The notes under the pieces were generated by a model, which was not told the DNA's origin, made no database searches, and saw only the letters and a program-made list of their open reading frames with translations. A stretch of 49,243 nucleotides of DNA from Candidatus Woesebacteria bacterium (GTDB lineage: Bacteria > Patescibacteriota > Microgenomatia > UBA8517 > UBA10165): the NCBI GenBank assembly GCA_002686465.1, contig NZCP01000057.1:1-49243 (forward strand), read 5' to 3'. Both the position numbers and the translations under genes were made by a program. Shown here one piece after another: positions 8,323 through 16,007 of this stretch. The number at the start of each line of letters is the position of its first letter. Positions within the stretch are counted from its first letter, which is position 1.

Positions 8323-8978
8323 TTTTGAAATCCTTTTGCCAACTCCAAAATCACTTTTTTCGGATCTTTAGCTAAAATCACTGCCGACGAGGCCGCAACC
8401 CCTGTTGACCCCTCCTTTAAACTTCCTTTAACATCCCCTATATCCTTTACTCCTGCTCCCACAATCAATGGAACCCCTGCACCCTTTGCAATCTCTGCTG
8501 CCTTTCCAATAACACCTGGTTCTGCCTTTGCAACAGAAGTATCCTTGGACGCAATTAACTCCGGCGGTTCGTATGCAACAAAGTCTGGTTTTAGTCCAAC
8601 AACTTTCTTTAACTCCTCCACGTCGGAAGCAAAAATCATTGTTTTCAATCCAAGACCTTTACACCTTTCATTGGCTTTCTTTAATTCATCATCTTTCAAC
8701 TTGTGCTCTGAATGGTTCAAGAAAGTACCACTTGCCCCTGCCTCACCTGCTGCCTCGGGCGTAATCCAGCCATTATGTTTACCTTGTTCCTCTCCATCTA
8801 CATGCTGTGCCCAAACCTCATAATTTGTTGCAATCATGCAAGACCGTATATCCACCGACTGCACAACAGGGAAAATAGGCACACCGGTCTTTGCTTGGGC
8901 AAGAGAAATAACTCGCACCAACTCTACTGCTTTTACACCTGTTGCCTCAGGATATGTTTTGAAGTTAATAAAGAGCAT
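8319..8978 (-). CDS. tpiA: Triosephosphate isomerase, archaeal-type short form
   Basis: 219 aa. INFKTY, LNHSEH, YEPPELI and GAGV are collinear with roughly 220-aa archaeal TIMs rather than roughly 250-aa bacterial TpiA. Confidence 0.8.
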   Translation of the reverse strand: MLFINFKTYPEATGVKAVELVRVISLAQAKTGVPIFPVVQSVDIRSCMIATNYEVWAQHVDGEEQGKHNGWITPEAAGEAGASGTFLNHSEHKLKDDELKKANERCKGLGLKTMIFASDVEELKKVVGLKPDFVAYEPPELIASKDTSVAKAEPGVIGKAAEIAKGAGVPLIVGAGVKDIGDVKGSLKEGSTGVAASSAVILAKDPKKVILELAKGFQK

Positions 8979-9017
8979 TAGCTAAAGAGTACCATGCATA
9001 TTTAAGAAGTTACAAGC

Positions 9018-9060
9018 CTTTGATACCTTTGGTACATGTGGTACTTTTGATACTTTTTAC
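9018..9060. repeat. Array of roughly 9-nt units (ctttgatac ctttggtac atgtggtac ttttgatac tttttac)
   Basis: Read directly in the spacer between the tpiA start and the glutaredoxin stop. Confidence 0.6.
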
Positions 9061-9311
9061 TGAAGTCCCAAAGCTTCATCAAATTTGCCTTTGTCGAACC
9101 CGGTTACTTTAACCTCCACTCCATCATCCTTTTTAATAACCGAAAAAGGGGTTCCCATATGCCCATCCGAGATTTTTGACATCTCCTCTTGGCTTGCTGG
9201 GTCCTGGTCTATTATCTTCTCACTAAACGGAACTTTTTTCTCCGTCAAGTACCCTTTAAGCATTTTGCAATAAGGACAAGTTGTCGTTGTATAAACAGTT
9301 ACGTGTGCCAA
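9057..9311 (-). CDS. Glutaredoxin / NrdH-like redoxin
   Basis: 84 aa, with a CPYC active site in VTVYTTTTCPYCKMLK. Confidence 0.75.
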   Translation of the reverse strand: MAHVTVYTTTTCPYCKMLKGYLTEKKVPFSEKIIDQDPASQEEMSKISDGHMGTPFSVIKKDDGVEVKVTGFDKGKFDEALGLQ

Positions 9312-9401
9312 ATTACTTCACCTCTTTTCAATCCGCCAATCAATCGCTCTTTGCGCCGTGTATGGATAATACTGAAAAGGTGCAAAGTAAGATTAGGCGG
9401 A

Positions 9402-9857
9402 CTACTCAATTATTACATTTCCTTCCATTCCCAATGATCTGTGATTCCCAACACTACAGAAAAACGCATAAGTTCCTGCCTCATCAGCAGTTATAGTCAC
9501 CGTATCCTCTTTGCCTCCACCAATAGTTTCTGTTGCAACATCAAGCTCAGTAACAACAAGGTTGTGGGGAAGTTTACCTACATTTTTAAACGTAACTTTT
9601 GCTGATTCTCCAGCTTTTAGGCTAATAGAAGAAGGTGAGAATTTATATTCATCTCCCTCAACCGTAACCTCTTTCATCATAGCCAGCTCGGCCCCACTTG
9701 TACCTTCTTGTGTATCAACATCGGGGGACGCAGCAGGAGCCGGGGATTCCAAAGCTTGTTCAACAGGAGCACCACCTCTTCCTTGCACTACAAACACAGC
9801 CACCACAACAACCGCAAGCAAAATACCAATAATCAAAAATGTATTTCTGTTCTCCAT
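9402..9857 (-). CDS. Membrane-anchored cupredoxin (plastocyanin/azurin-like type-1 copper protein)
   Basis: 151 aa. It has an N-terminal TM segment, a His in LPHNLVV, and a C..H....M ligand set in FFCSVGNHRSLGMEG. The SD GGAGGT lies 7 nt upstream of the ATG. Confidence 0.7.
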   Translation of the reverse strand: MENRNTFLIIGILLAVVVVAVFVVQGRGGAPVEQALESPAPAASPDVDTQEGTSGAELAMMKEVTVEGDEYKFSPSSISLKAGESAKVTFKNVGKLPHNLVVTELDVATETIGGGKEDTVTITADEAGTYAFFCSVGNHRSLGMEGNVIIE

Positions 9858-9995
9858 TGTCTTACCTCCATTCTAGTATAATTCTGTCTCTGGATGAAAT
9901 GCTTTTCAGGCAAACCAAAAAGGCGTTCGCATATTATTTCCAAAATCCATTGTATAGGATGACTACAATACAGCTTTTCCATATCTTGAAAAAAG

Positions 9996-10535
9996 ATGAG
10001 ATCTAAAGGTGCTGTCCAAATAATAATCGTTGTAGTCTTAATTATAGCTGCCCTAGGCGGTGTTATTTGGTATCAAACTTCTAGACCTGCCTCCACAGGC
10101 GAAGAATCTCAAAAGTACTCGAGCCCCGACGGAATAGCCACATTTACTCAACCTCCCGGTTGGGAAGTAAAAGAACATTCCGATCCAGCCATTAAGGTTT
10201 TGTTTGCTATTAATGGTGGAGACTTGAAATATATAGACGAAGATTTTGAGGGATCTCCTCCAACATTAGCCGAATACACAACTGAGACCATGCAAGACCT
10301 TAGTGTCATTCCTGAATTTAAGGTGATCGAGCAGTCCGACACTTCTATTAATGGGTTGAAGTTCCATCAACTTATCTATGAGTGTTTTTGTAATAATCAA
10401 AACTTAAGAGCTTTGTATGTTTGGACAGTAAAAGGAAACAAAGCACACGGGTTTGCGTTTAGAGCGGTTGAGGAAGTGTATGATGAGCTCCTACCAGTCG
10501 CCCAGGCAACAATAGACTCTATTACAATTCAGTAA
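9996..10535 (+). CDS. Hypothetical membrane-anchored/secreted protein
   Basis: 179 aa. It has an N-terminal TM segment (VQIIIVVVLIIAALGGVIW). No family was recognised with confidence. Confidence 0.5.
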   Translation: MRSKGAVQIIIVVVLIIAALGGVIWYQTSRPASTGEESQKYSSPDGIATFTQPPGWEVKEHSDPAIKVLFAINGGDLKYIDEDFEGSPPTLAEYTTETMQDLSVIPEFKVIEQSDTSINGLKFHQLIYECFCNNQNLRALYVWTVKGNKAHGFAFRAVEEVYDELLPVAQATIDSITIQ

Positions 10536-10574
10536 ACACCTCTTGCCTAATAAGCGTCCGTTCTTCTCAAATCG

Positions 10575-10583
10575 TGCTATATT
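10575..10583 (+). promoter_or_regulatory. Extended -10 promoter, TGCTATATT
   Basis: It ends 6 nt before the ATG at 10590, so a leaderless transcript is predicted. Confidence 0.35.
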
Positions 10584-10589
10584 AAACAC

Positions 10590-10886
10590 ATGAGCCAGAA
10601 GGGATTTGCACCACTCATTATTCTGATCATCCCTATCCTCCTTGTTGCTAGTCTTATGGACTGGAAAGCTGTCAGGGATTTTTCAAAAAATAGACTTCTC
10701 GACCCCCTCTCGTTTTTCCGTGGAGAGCAAGGAGCAAGCAGTCTCCCTTCAGACCCAGTCCAATTCACCCACCATGTTACAGATTTGAGACACTATCAAA
10801 TCCTTATACGAAAGGAGACTTACTTACGTGAAGACAAGAATGAACCTAAAACTGATCCCACCACCAATGATCCTAAGACTACATAA
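10590..10886 (+). CDS. Hypothetical small membrane-anchored protein
   Basis: 98 aa with an N-terminal TM segment (FAPLIILIIPILLVASL). The 3' end overlaps the convergent gene by 67 nt. Confidence 0.35.
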   Translation: MSQKGFAPLIILIIPILLVASLMDWKAVRDFSKNRLLDPLSFFRGEQGASSLPSDPVQFTHHVTDLRHYQILIRKETYLREDKNEPKTDPTTNDPKTT

Positions 10887-11137
10887 TTTACTGCTCCCCC
10901 TGAGAGGAACAAAGAAATTAATAAAGCAAAACCTGCTGCAACAACTCCTATTAAGAAACCAGTCATTACGGATTTTGCTGCCTTAAAACTAATGAGAGCC
11001 CCTAAAACCATTGGAACAAGTATTGTCAAGAGAACATTTGCTCCTACAAATGGTTGTAAAACAAGCCCTACTACTTGTACTGAAACAAAAAGCGCCAAAC
11101 CCCAGATCGCAGCTGTCTTTAGATCAGTAGATTGCAT
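10820..11137 (-). CDS. Hypothetical polytopic membrane protein
   Basis: About 105 aa counted from the ATG at 11137. The track ORF starts at a TTG at 11173. Three or four hydrophobic helices are visible. Confidence 0.4.
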   Translation of the reverse strand: MQSTDLKTAAIWGLALFVSVQVVGLVLQPFVGANVLLTILVPMVLGALISFKAAKSVMTGFLIGVVAAGFALLISLFLSGGAVNYVVLGSLVVGSVLGSFLSSRK

Positions 11138-11169
11138 ACGTTCATTGTTATATAGTAACCAGATTGTTG

Positions 11170-11409
11170 TCAAGTACCAATCAGTGTATCAAAATCAGTG
11201 TTATCAGAAACAGGCCTAGGCATCCTGTATGGTACTGGCCCATGTATATCTCCACCCCAAAGTTTAAACTCAGACCCTTCTTCATCACTCATTGTCGCAG
11301 GACCCCCTCCCCATCTGTTAACTACATCCGGGTCGACTAATGCCTGCCAAACTTTGTCTTTTGAGGCTTTTATGTGGTAGTCTTTTTCAATTTTTTTTGA
11401 CATCTTCAC
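11170..11409 (-). CDS. SRPBCC / AHSA1-like domain protein, apparently truncated (79 aa)
   Basis: The N-terminus KDKVWQALVDPDVVNRWGGGPA...FKLWGGDIHG matches the first half of roughly 140-aa SRPBCC proteins. The sequence then diverges and stops. Confidence 0.4.
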   Translation of the reverse strand: MKMSKKIEKDYHIKASKDKVWQALVDPDVVNRWGGGPATMSDEEGSEFKLWGGDIHGPVPYRMPRPVSDNTDFDTLIGT

Positions 11410-11414
11410 CCCAG

Positions 11415-12155
11415 CTATTGTATTTGGTACCCCAAACTAAAGGCCATCTGGAAAAGCCAGGCGTTTACAAAACGGTAGGTGTCAGTCAAAAGTAGGAGTC
11501 CCAAGATAGCCAGAAGAATACCTGCTACTTTTGAGATTGTACCAATGTGCCGAGAAACAACAGAGAGATATTTTGGAGCCTGGGCCAAAGTTAAAGAAAC
11601 GATCATAAAAGGGATGGAGATCCCTAGAGAATAAACAAAGAGAAGGGAAGCTCCTGTTGTTGCGGTTCCAGAGACAGCCGCAAGAGAAAGGATTGCCCCA
11701 AGCACCGCCCCGACGCAAGGAGTCCAGGCTGTTGCAAAGACAATCCCAATCAAAAATGCCCGACCGTATCCTAAATGATTAACCCAAGCAGGTAGCTGAA
11801 GTTTATGCTCAGAGGATAATACTGGAAGAGGCAAAAACCCAGCAAAGTTCAATCCAAGTATAAAAATTAAAGCTCCACCTACTATCCTTATAATATCGTC
11901 ATATTGGCGCAGCGCCTGCCCTACTCCGGCAGCAGCTGTCCCTAAAATAACAAAGATTATTGAAAAACCTAAGATATAAAAAATGGAAGACACAAAAAGC
12001 TTTGTTCTATACCTTCCAATGCCATAAGTTTTCAGATCTTGTAAAGACACTCCGGTCACATATCCAACATACGCTGGCAAAAGGGGAACGACACATGGGG
12101 CAAAAAAGGAAACTAGTCCCGAGGCAAAGGCTACTGGAAAGGAAACGTCGAACAT
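11415..12155 (-). CDS. ccdA: Cytochrome c biogenesis-type thiol:disulfide transporter CcdA (DsbD family)
   Basis: 246 aa and polytopic. The Cys motifs FFAPCVVPLLPAY and WTPCVGAVLG are present. Confidence 0.8.
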   Translation of the reverse strand: MFDVSFPVAFASGLVSFFAPCVVPLLPAYVGYVTGVSLQDLKTYGIGRYRTKLFVSSIFYILGFSIIFVILGTAAAGVGQALRQYDDIIRIVGGALIFILGLNFAGFLPLPVLSSEHKLQLPAWVNHLGYGRAFLIGIVFATAWTPCVGAVLGAILSLAAVSGTATTGASLLFVYSLGISIPFMIVSLTLAQAPKYLSVVSRHIGTISKVAGILLAILGLLLLTDTYRFVNAWLFQMAFSLGYQIQ

Positions 12156-12160
12156 GTATT

Positions 12161-12427
12161 CTATTGCTGGGGTGGGCTGAACCTTCCTGGGGAATTACCA
12201 CCAGGGTCTTGCTGCTGCATAAACTGCTTCAACATTTCCTCTGACGGAAAATCTTGGCCTCCAGAAGGAATATCGCCACCCATTCCCCCCATCATTTGCA
12301 TACCTTCCATCATTCCGGCTAAAGGGTTAGCAGTTATCAAAAAAATGATTCCTGCAAGAAGCAAAACGCCGATAGGTATCCAGATTAGGAAAAAAATAAT
12401 CGCTAAGAGGTTTTTTAGAGTGTTCAA
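12161..12427 (-). CDS. Small membrane protein with a Met/Gly-rich tail
   Basis: 88 aa. It has a TTG start with the SD AAGGAGAGGG, one TM segment, then MMEGMQMMGGMGGD. Confidence 0.4.
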   Translation of the reverse strand: MNTLKNLLAIIFFLIWIPIGVLLLAGIIFLITANPLAGMMEGMQMMGGMGGDIPSGGQDFPSEEMLKQFMQQQDPGGNSPGRFSPPQQ

Positions 12428-12480
12428 GCTTTTTTCCCTCTCCTTATTCTATATTAACACTAATTTTATTCAAACTCCCA

Positions 12481-12516
12481 GAAAACCCCGCCGAAAATAG
12501 AGTATTTAAGCGGGGG
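12481..12516 (-). terminator. Possible intrinsic terminator (CCCCGC ... GCGGGG followed by TTTTC on the minus strand)
   Basis: A 6-bp GC stem with a long (about 18 nt) loop and a T-run. It is followed by a TTGAAT-16-TAGAAT promoter for the 12427 gene. Confidence 0.25.
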
Positions 12517-12544
12517 TGAATGGGAGGAGTGATCAAACCGATTT

Positions 12545-12712
12545 CTCTGAAAGTTGGAGGTTTATTTTTTTCTCCATCCTATATTTTTCTAAGATCAGAT
12601 AAGTCCCCCCCCCCGTATTTTTCCGACCACCACAACAGCTGATGCTGCACGGGGTTTGTCGCTCGTTGAGGCAGGTGTTTTGCCAAAAAAGACGCCGCAG
12701 GGAGAAAGATTA
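12545..12712 (-). pseudogene. Decayed duplicate of the C-terminal third of the cyclophilin-like gene at 13025-13411
   Basis: Nucleotide similarity to 13060-13185 is visible by eye. The minus-strand translation SPCGVFFGKTPASTSDKPRAASAVVVVGK matches AFCIFFGRTPASTSDKPRAASAIVVVGE. The frame then breaks at a 10-nt homopolymer and an in-frame stop follows. Confidence 0.55.
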
Positions 12713-12744
12713 AAAATCAATACAATGAAGCTCTGTGGAAACTT

Positions 12745-12969
12745 TTAGATGCCACTAATAAACAAAATGTCAACCAATCTATAAACGGCAAATAGTATAA
12801 AAATTACAACAAGTGCAATCAAAATACGCTTTGAGAAAACAAACTTTGCTCTAACAATATCTACTATGATTGCTACCACCAACGCAGCAAATAAGAGCCA
12901 GGGAAGGACAATAAACCACGTGTTTACTAGATTTTTGACTACCATAAGCGTCGATATTTCATCAGACAT
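12745..12969 (-). CDS. Small two-TM membrane protein (74 aa)
   Basis: The ORF has the SD GGGAGTGA upstream and two hydrophobic helices. Confidence 0.4.
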   Translation of the reverse strand: MSDEISTLMVVKNLVNTWFIVLPWLLFAALVVAIIVDIVRAKFVFSKRILIALVVIFILFAVYRLVDILFISGI

Positions 12970-13000
12970 TATTTAATCACTCCCAGACTACAAATACCAG

Positions 13001-13028
13001 GTTATAACGGGGGGGGGTCCGGAGTCAA
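13001..13028 (-). promoter_or_regulatory. Promoter-like TTGACT - CCGGA C9 GT - TATAAC, with a homopolymeric spacer
   Basis: On the minus strand, the -35 overlaps the stop codon of the cyclophilin-like gene. The 16-nt spacer contains nine consecutive C (13009-13017). It lies about 30 nt upstream of the 74-aa ORF. Confidence 0.35.
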
Positions 13029-13411
13029 GTCCTAAGTTCTACACTCTCTCCATCTTTGACTTTTTTAAGACCAGATAGGTTGCCTGTCGCTTCGCCGACA
13101 ACAACTATCGCAGATGCTGCGCGGGGTTTATCAGACGTAGAAGCAGGGGTCCTTCCAAAAAAGATGCAAAATGCGCGGCCAGGAGGCCAATATCCCAATG
13201 TTCCTACCGCAACTTCCTCAGTATCTGGGGCCTCCACTGAATCCACAGGAATACTAAAATAAATCTCCTCACCCCAAGTATTTACTTTCCCTTCAATCGG
13301 TAAGGAATCATATATTGCCTTTGCTTGTTTGGAGTCGCCTAGAACTGCTTGCAGCTTTATTTTTCCAGCCAAAATCTGCACTTTTTTACCCATGCGGAAG
13401 AGTTTGTCCAA
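13025..13411 (-). CDS. Cyclophilin-like superfamily protein (TM1367 / Cyclophil_like type)
   Basis: 128 aa. The motifs WGEEIYF, GTLGYWPPGRAFCIFFG and ASAIVVVGE are present. The alternative start M7 at 13393 would reduce the overlap with the ZIP gene. Confidence 0.6.
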   Translation of the reverse strand: MDKLFRMGKKVQILAGKIKLQAVLGDSKQAKAIYDSLPIEGKVNTWGEEIYFSIPVDSVEAPDTEEVAVGTLGYWPPGRAFCIFFGRTPASTSDKPRAASAIVVVGEATGNLSGLKKVKDGESVELRT

Positions 13412-14138
13412 TTATCCAAATCAGGAAAACTCCGGCAAGTAGCAGCCCCGCCTGGTGCCAAGGACTATCTTTGTGCTCCTCGTGTACCTCTGGTAGAAGA
13501 TCTGAGGTTGCAATATAAAGAAACAGACCGCCTGCGACCGCAAGAAGAATGCTTAGGTTAGCCTCGATACTGACCGCGAAAACAACAACTAAAATTGCTC
13601 CCAGGTAGGTCGCCATTGCAGAAACGATGTTTACCATGATAATTTTTGATTTTTTCCAGCCTGCTTTTAGCATGAGTCCAAAGTCCCCCATCTCGTGAGG
13701 GATTTCATGCAAGAATGTTGCCAGTGCAACAACTACTCCAAGTGTCGGTTCAACCAAATAGGCTGCAGCAATAACCATACCGTCTATAAAGTTATGAATC
13801 GTGTCCCCTGCAACAACAATTGGCATCGAGGATTTAAGAGTTGTTCTTTTGTGCTCTTCGTGGTGATGGATATGCATAAAAAATTGCTCAAAGAAAAAGG
13901 CGGCAACGATAACCACCAGTACTATTGGCAGTACAGTCGCAGCGCTTGATTCTTCTATTGCCTCAGGCAAAAGATCTAGAAGGGATACAGCAAGCATAAC
14001 GCCTGCTGCGAATGGGATAGCATGAACCGAAATGTGCTTACTCCATCCCTTTTTTGAGAGCAGAAAAAGACCGCCTGCCAGGCCGGCAACACTACCAAGA
14101 GTTGCAAGGGCAAGTATCGGAAGAAGGTTTTCCATCAT
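13386..14138 (-). CDS. ZIP-family divalent metal transporter (ZupT-like)
   Basis: 250 aa and polytopic, with a His-rich loop HIHHHEEH and the signature HEIPHEMGDFGLM. Confidence 0.8.
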   Translation of the reverse strand: MMENLLPILALATLGSVAGLAGGLFLLSKKGWSKHISVHAIPFAAGVMLAVSLLDLLPEAIEESSAATVLPIVLVVIVAAFFFEQFFMHIHHHEEHKRTTLKSSMPIVVAGDTIHNFIDGMVIAAAYLVEPTLGVVVALATFLHEIPHEMGDFGLMLKAGWKKSKIIMVNIVSAMATYLGAILVVVFAVSIEANLSILLAVAGGLFLYIATSDLLPEVHEEHKDSPWHQAGLLLAGVFLIWIIGQTLPHG

Positions 14139-14473
14139 TACCTTTTCACCAATGAGTGAAGAAGTGCTGCGATAAAGGCAAGAACTACTCCACCAACTAG
14201 AGCTTGCAAAAATCCGTCAACAACAAAGCCAGGAACAATAAGACTTGTTAGCCAAAGAACTACAGCCGAGATTATCCAAGAAAAAAGGCCAAGGGTAACA
14301 ACTGTTACGGGAAGGGCTAGGAGTGACAAAAGGGGTCGCAAGAAGGTGTTTAAAAGTCCAAGAACCGCCGCTGCAATAAGCGCTGTTGGGAAATCAGCAA
14401 CATCAATCCCAGGAATAAGCCAAGCTGTTGCAAAAAGTGCGAGGGCGTTTGCAATCAGTATAAAAATAAGCAC
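14138..14473 (-). CDS. Phage holin family IV / DUF360-like 4-TM membrane protein
   Basis: 111 aa. The pattern LIPGIDV...LLNTFLRPLL...PVTVVTLGLF resembles YvlD/DUF360. Confidence 0.55.
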   Translation of the reverse strand: MLIFILIANALALFATAWLIPGIDVADFPTALIAAAVLGLLNTFLRPLLSLLALPVTVVTLGLFSWIISAVVLWLTSLIVPGFVVDGFLQALVGGVVLAFIAALLHSLVKR

Positions 14474-14522
14474 CGCCTAATTTTAACCCCTCGATATTGA
14501 CTTTTGCAACAAGTCGGCTAAC

Positions 14523-14876
14523 ATGGAGAGGATGGGCAATACATTAAATCCAGAAGCAACTCCGCAACCCGCCTCTCAACCAGTTGTCCAAACGCAAACT
14601 CCATCCCCTGAGCAACCATCTGAAAAAAAAGGTTTTAAATTCCCTTTAAAAATCGTTCTCATTATCCTTGTAATCAAAATTGCCATCGGTGGTCTAATTT
14701 ATCTAGGCTATGTATACATCCTGCCGCAATTGCAAAAACAGGCCGCTCCCGCTACCGCCCAAGATATATTAAATGACGCTACAAACCCATTTAGCGAGGA
14801 TGTAACATTTAGCAATCCGTTTGAAGAAGACTCAGTAAGTAGCGACGAATACCAAAACCCATTCGATGAATTTTAA
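14523..14876 (+). CDS. Hypothetical membrane-anchored protein
   Basis: 117 aa with one TM segment. TTGACT-16-TAACAT overlaps the first ATG. The ATG at 14532 lies 7 nt after the -10 and may be the leaderless start. Confidence 0.45.
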   Translation: MERMGNTLNPEATPQPASQPVVQTQTPSPEQPSEKKGFKFPLKIVLIILVIKIAIGGLIYLGYVYILPQLQKQAAPATAQDILNDATNPFSEDVTFSNPFEEDSVSSDEYQNPFDEF

Positions 14877-15915
14877 GAATATCACCACCCTCTTTTCCCT
14901 TTTGTCACTTCTCGTTACTTTTTTGTTCTTAGGATCTACGGTTTTGGCGCAAGACGCGCCAACTGATGCCGAAATGGAGGAAAAAGCAAAGGCAAAAGGT
15001 ATTACCTTCCCAATTTCTGAACTTGGGGGATGTACAAATGTTTCCGAATGTCGAAGCTTTTGCGAAGAGACAGCAAATGAAGACACATGTAAAAGCTTTG
15101 CACAAAAGAAGGGTCTAAAACATACAAAAAGACAATATCGAGAAGCAGTGCTTGAGCAAGCCCGCGACGAGCTTGGTTGTGACTCTTTCCAAGACTGCAA
15201 AACCCTTTGTGAAGACGAGGAAAACCGGGGACAATGTGTCTCTTTTGCTGCAAAGCAAACACACTATGGACATGCGAAAGACAAGCAAGAGATGTTAGAG
15301 CGCGCAAAGACAGTTTTAAACTGCACCTCGTTTGAGTCTTGCAAGAACTTTTGCTCTGCTTCTGAAAACCAAGATCGTTGCGACAAGTTCGCCGACCAGC
15401 ACGCACCTGCTGAAATTAAAGCTCGGCTTGAGGAGCACAAGGAAAACCTGATTGAGCGATTCCAAGAAAATCTTTCTTGTGACTCAATTGACTCTTGCAA
15501 ACGCCTATGTAAAGACCCAGCAAACAAAGAGAAATGCGACAAGTCTGTGCCTCGTACTACTAAACCCGGTGTTGAATACTACGAAATTGAAAAACCGTCT
15601 TGTGAGGGCGAGGAAGAATGTGCGAAATGGTGTGAGGAAAACCCTGACAAATGCCGGAGTACAAAAAAGATGAGAGGCGGCGAAGATGAGAAAAAAAGTC
15701 TTTTCGATAGACTAAAAACAACTACAGAAAACTCTGATACGGGAACAATCGACCACCAAGACATACCTAAAAAGAGAATAGAGTCACAACCAGAACATTC
15801 TAATGAAGATTTTATGGAAGGCAAAGAGGTTCGAACAGAGCCTGGAAATTCCACCTTTATTAACGACGAACAAAAACCTTCTGGCATTTTACCTTCTCTA
15901 CCAGGACTTCCCTAG
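14866..15915 (+). CDS. Secreted cysteine-repeat protein (five C-x5-C-x3-C-x8-C modules)
   Basis: 349 aa. A signal peptide ending VLAQDAP is followed by five modules spaced at about 47 aa, then an acidic/basic low-complexity tail. Confidence 0.6.
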   Translation: MNFKNITTLFSLLSLLVTFLFLGSTVLAQDAPTDAEMEEKAKAKGITFPISELGGCTNVSECRSFCEETANEDTCKSFAQKKGLKHTKRQYREAVLEQARDELGCDSFQDCKTLCEDEENRGQCVSFAAKQTHYGHAKDKQEMLERAKTVLNCTSFESCKNFCSASENQDRCDKFADQHAPAEIKARLEEHKENLIERFQENLSCDSIDSCKRLCKDPANKEKCDKSVPRTTKPGVEYYEIEKPSCEGEEECAKWCEENPDKCRSTKKMRGGEDEKKSLFDRLKTTTENSDTGTIDHQDIPKKRIESQPEHSNEDFMEGKEVRTEPGNSTFINDEQKPSGILPSLPGLP

Positions 15916-16007
15916 CTCGGGATTACCGTACTTTAACCGCTTCATCTCCGCAGGAGACAAGGTTCTCACCGAAGGTGAGGTTCTTATTACCGAAACGTAA
16001 CAAATTT

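Noticed and set aside
10820-10886. The 67-nt convergent overlap of the 98-aa and roughly 105-aa ORFs, considered as a functional antisense arrangement.
   Set aside because: The overlap involves only the unconserved-looking hydrophilic tail of the plus-strand ORF. It is most likely a chance extension to the next stop codon.
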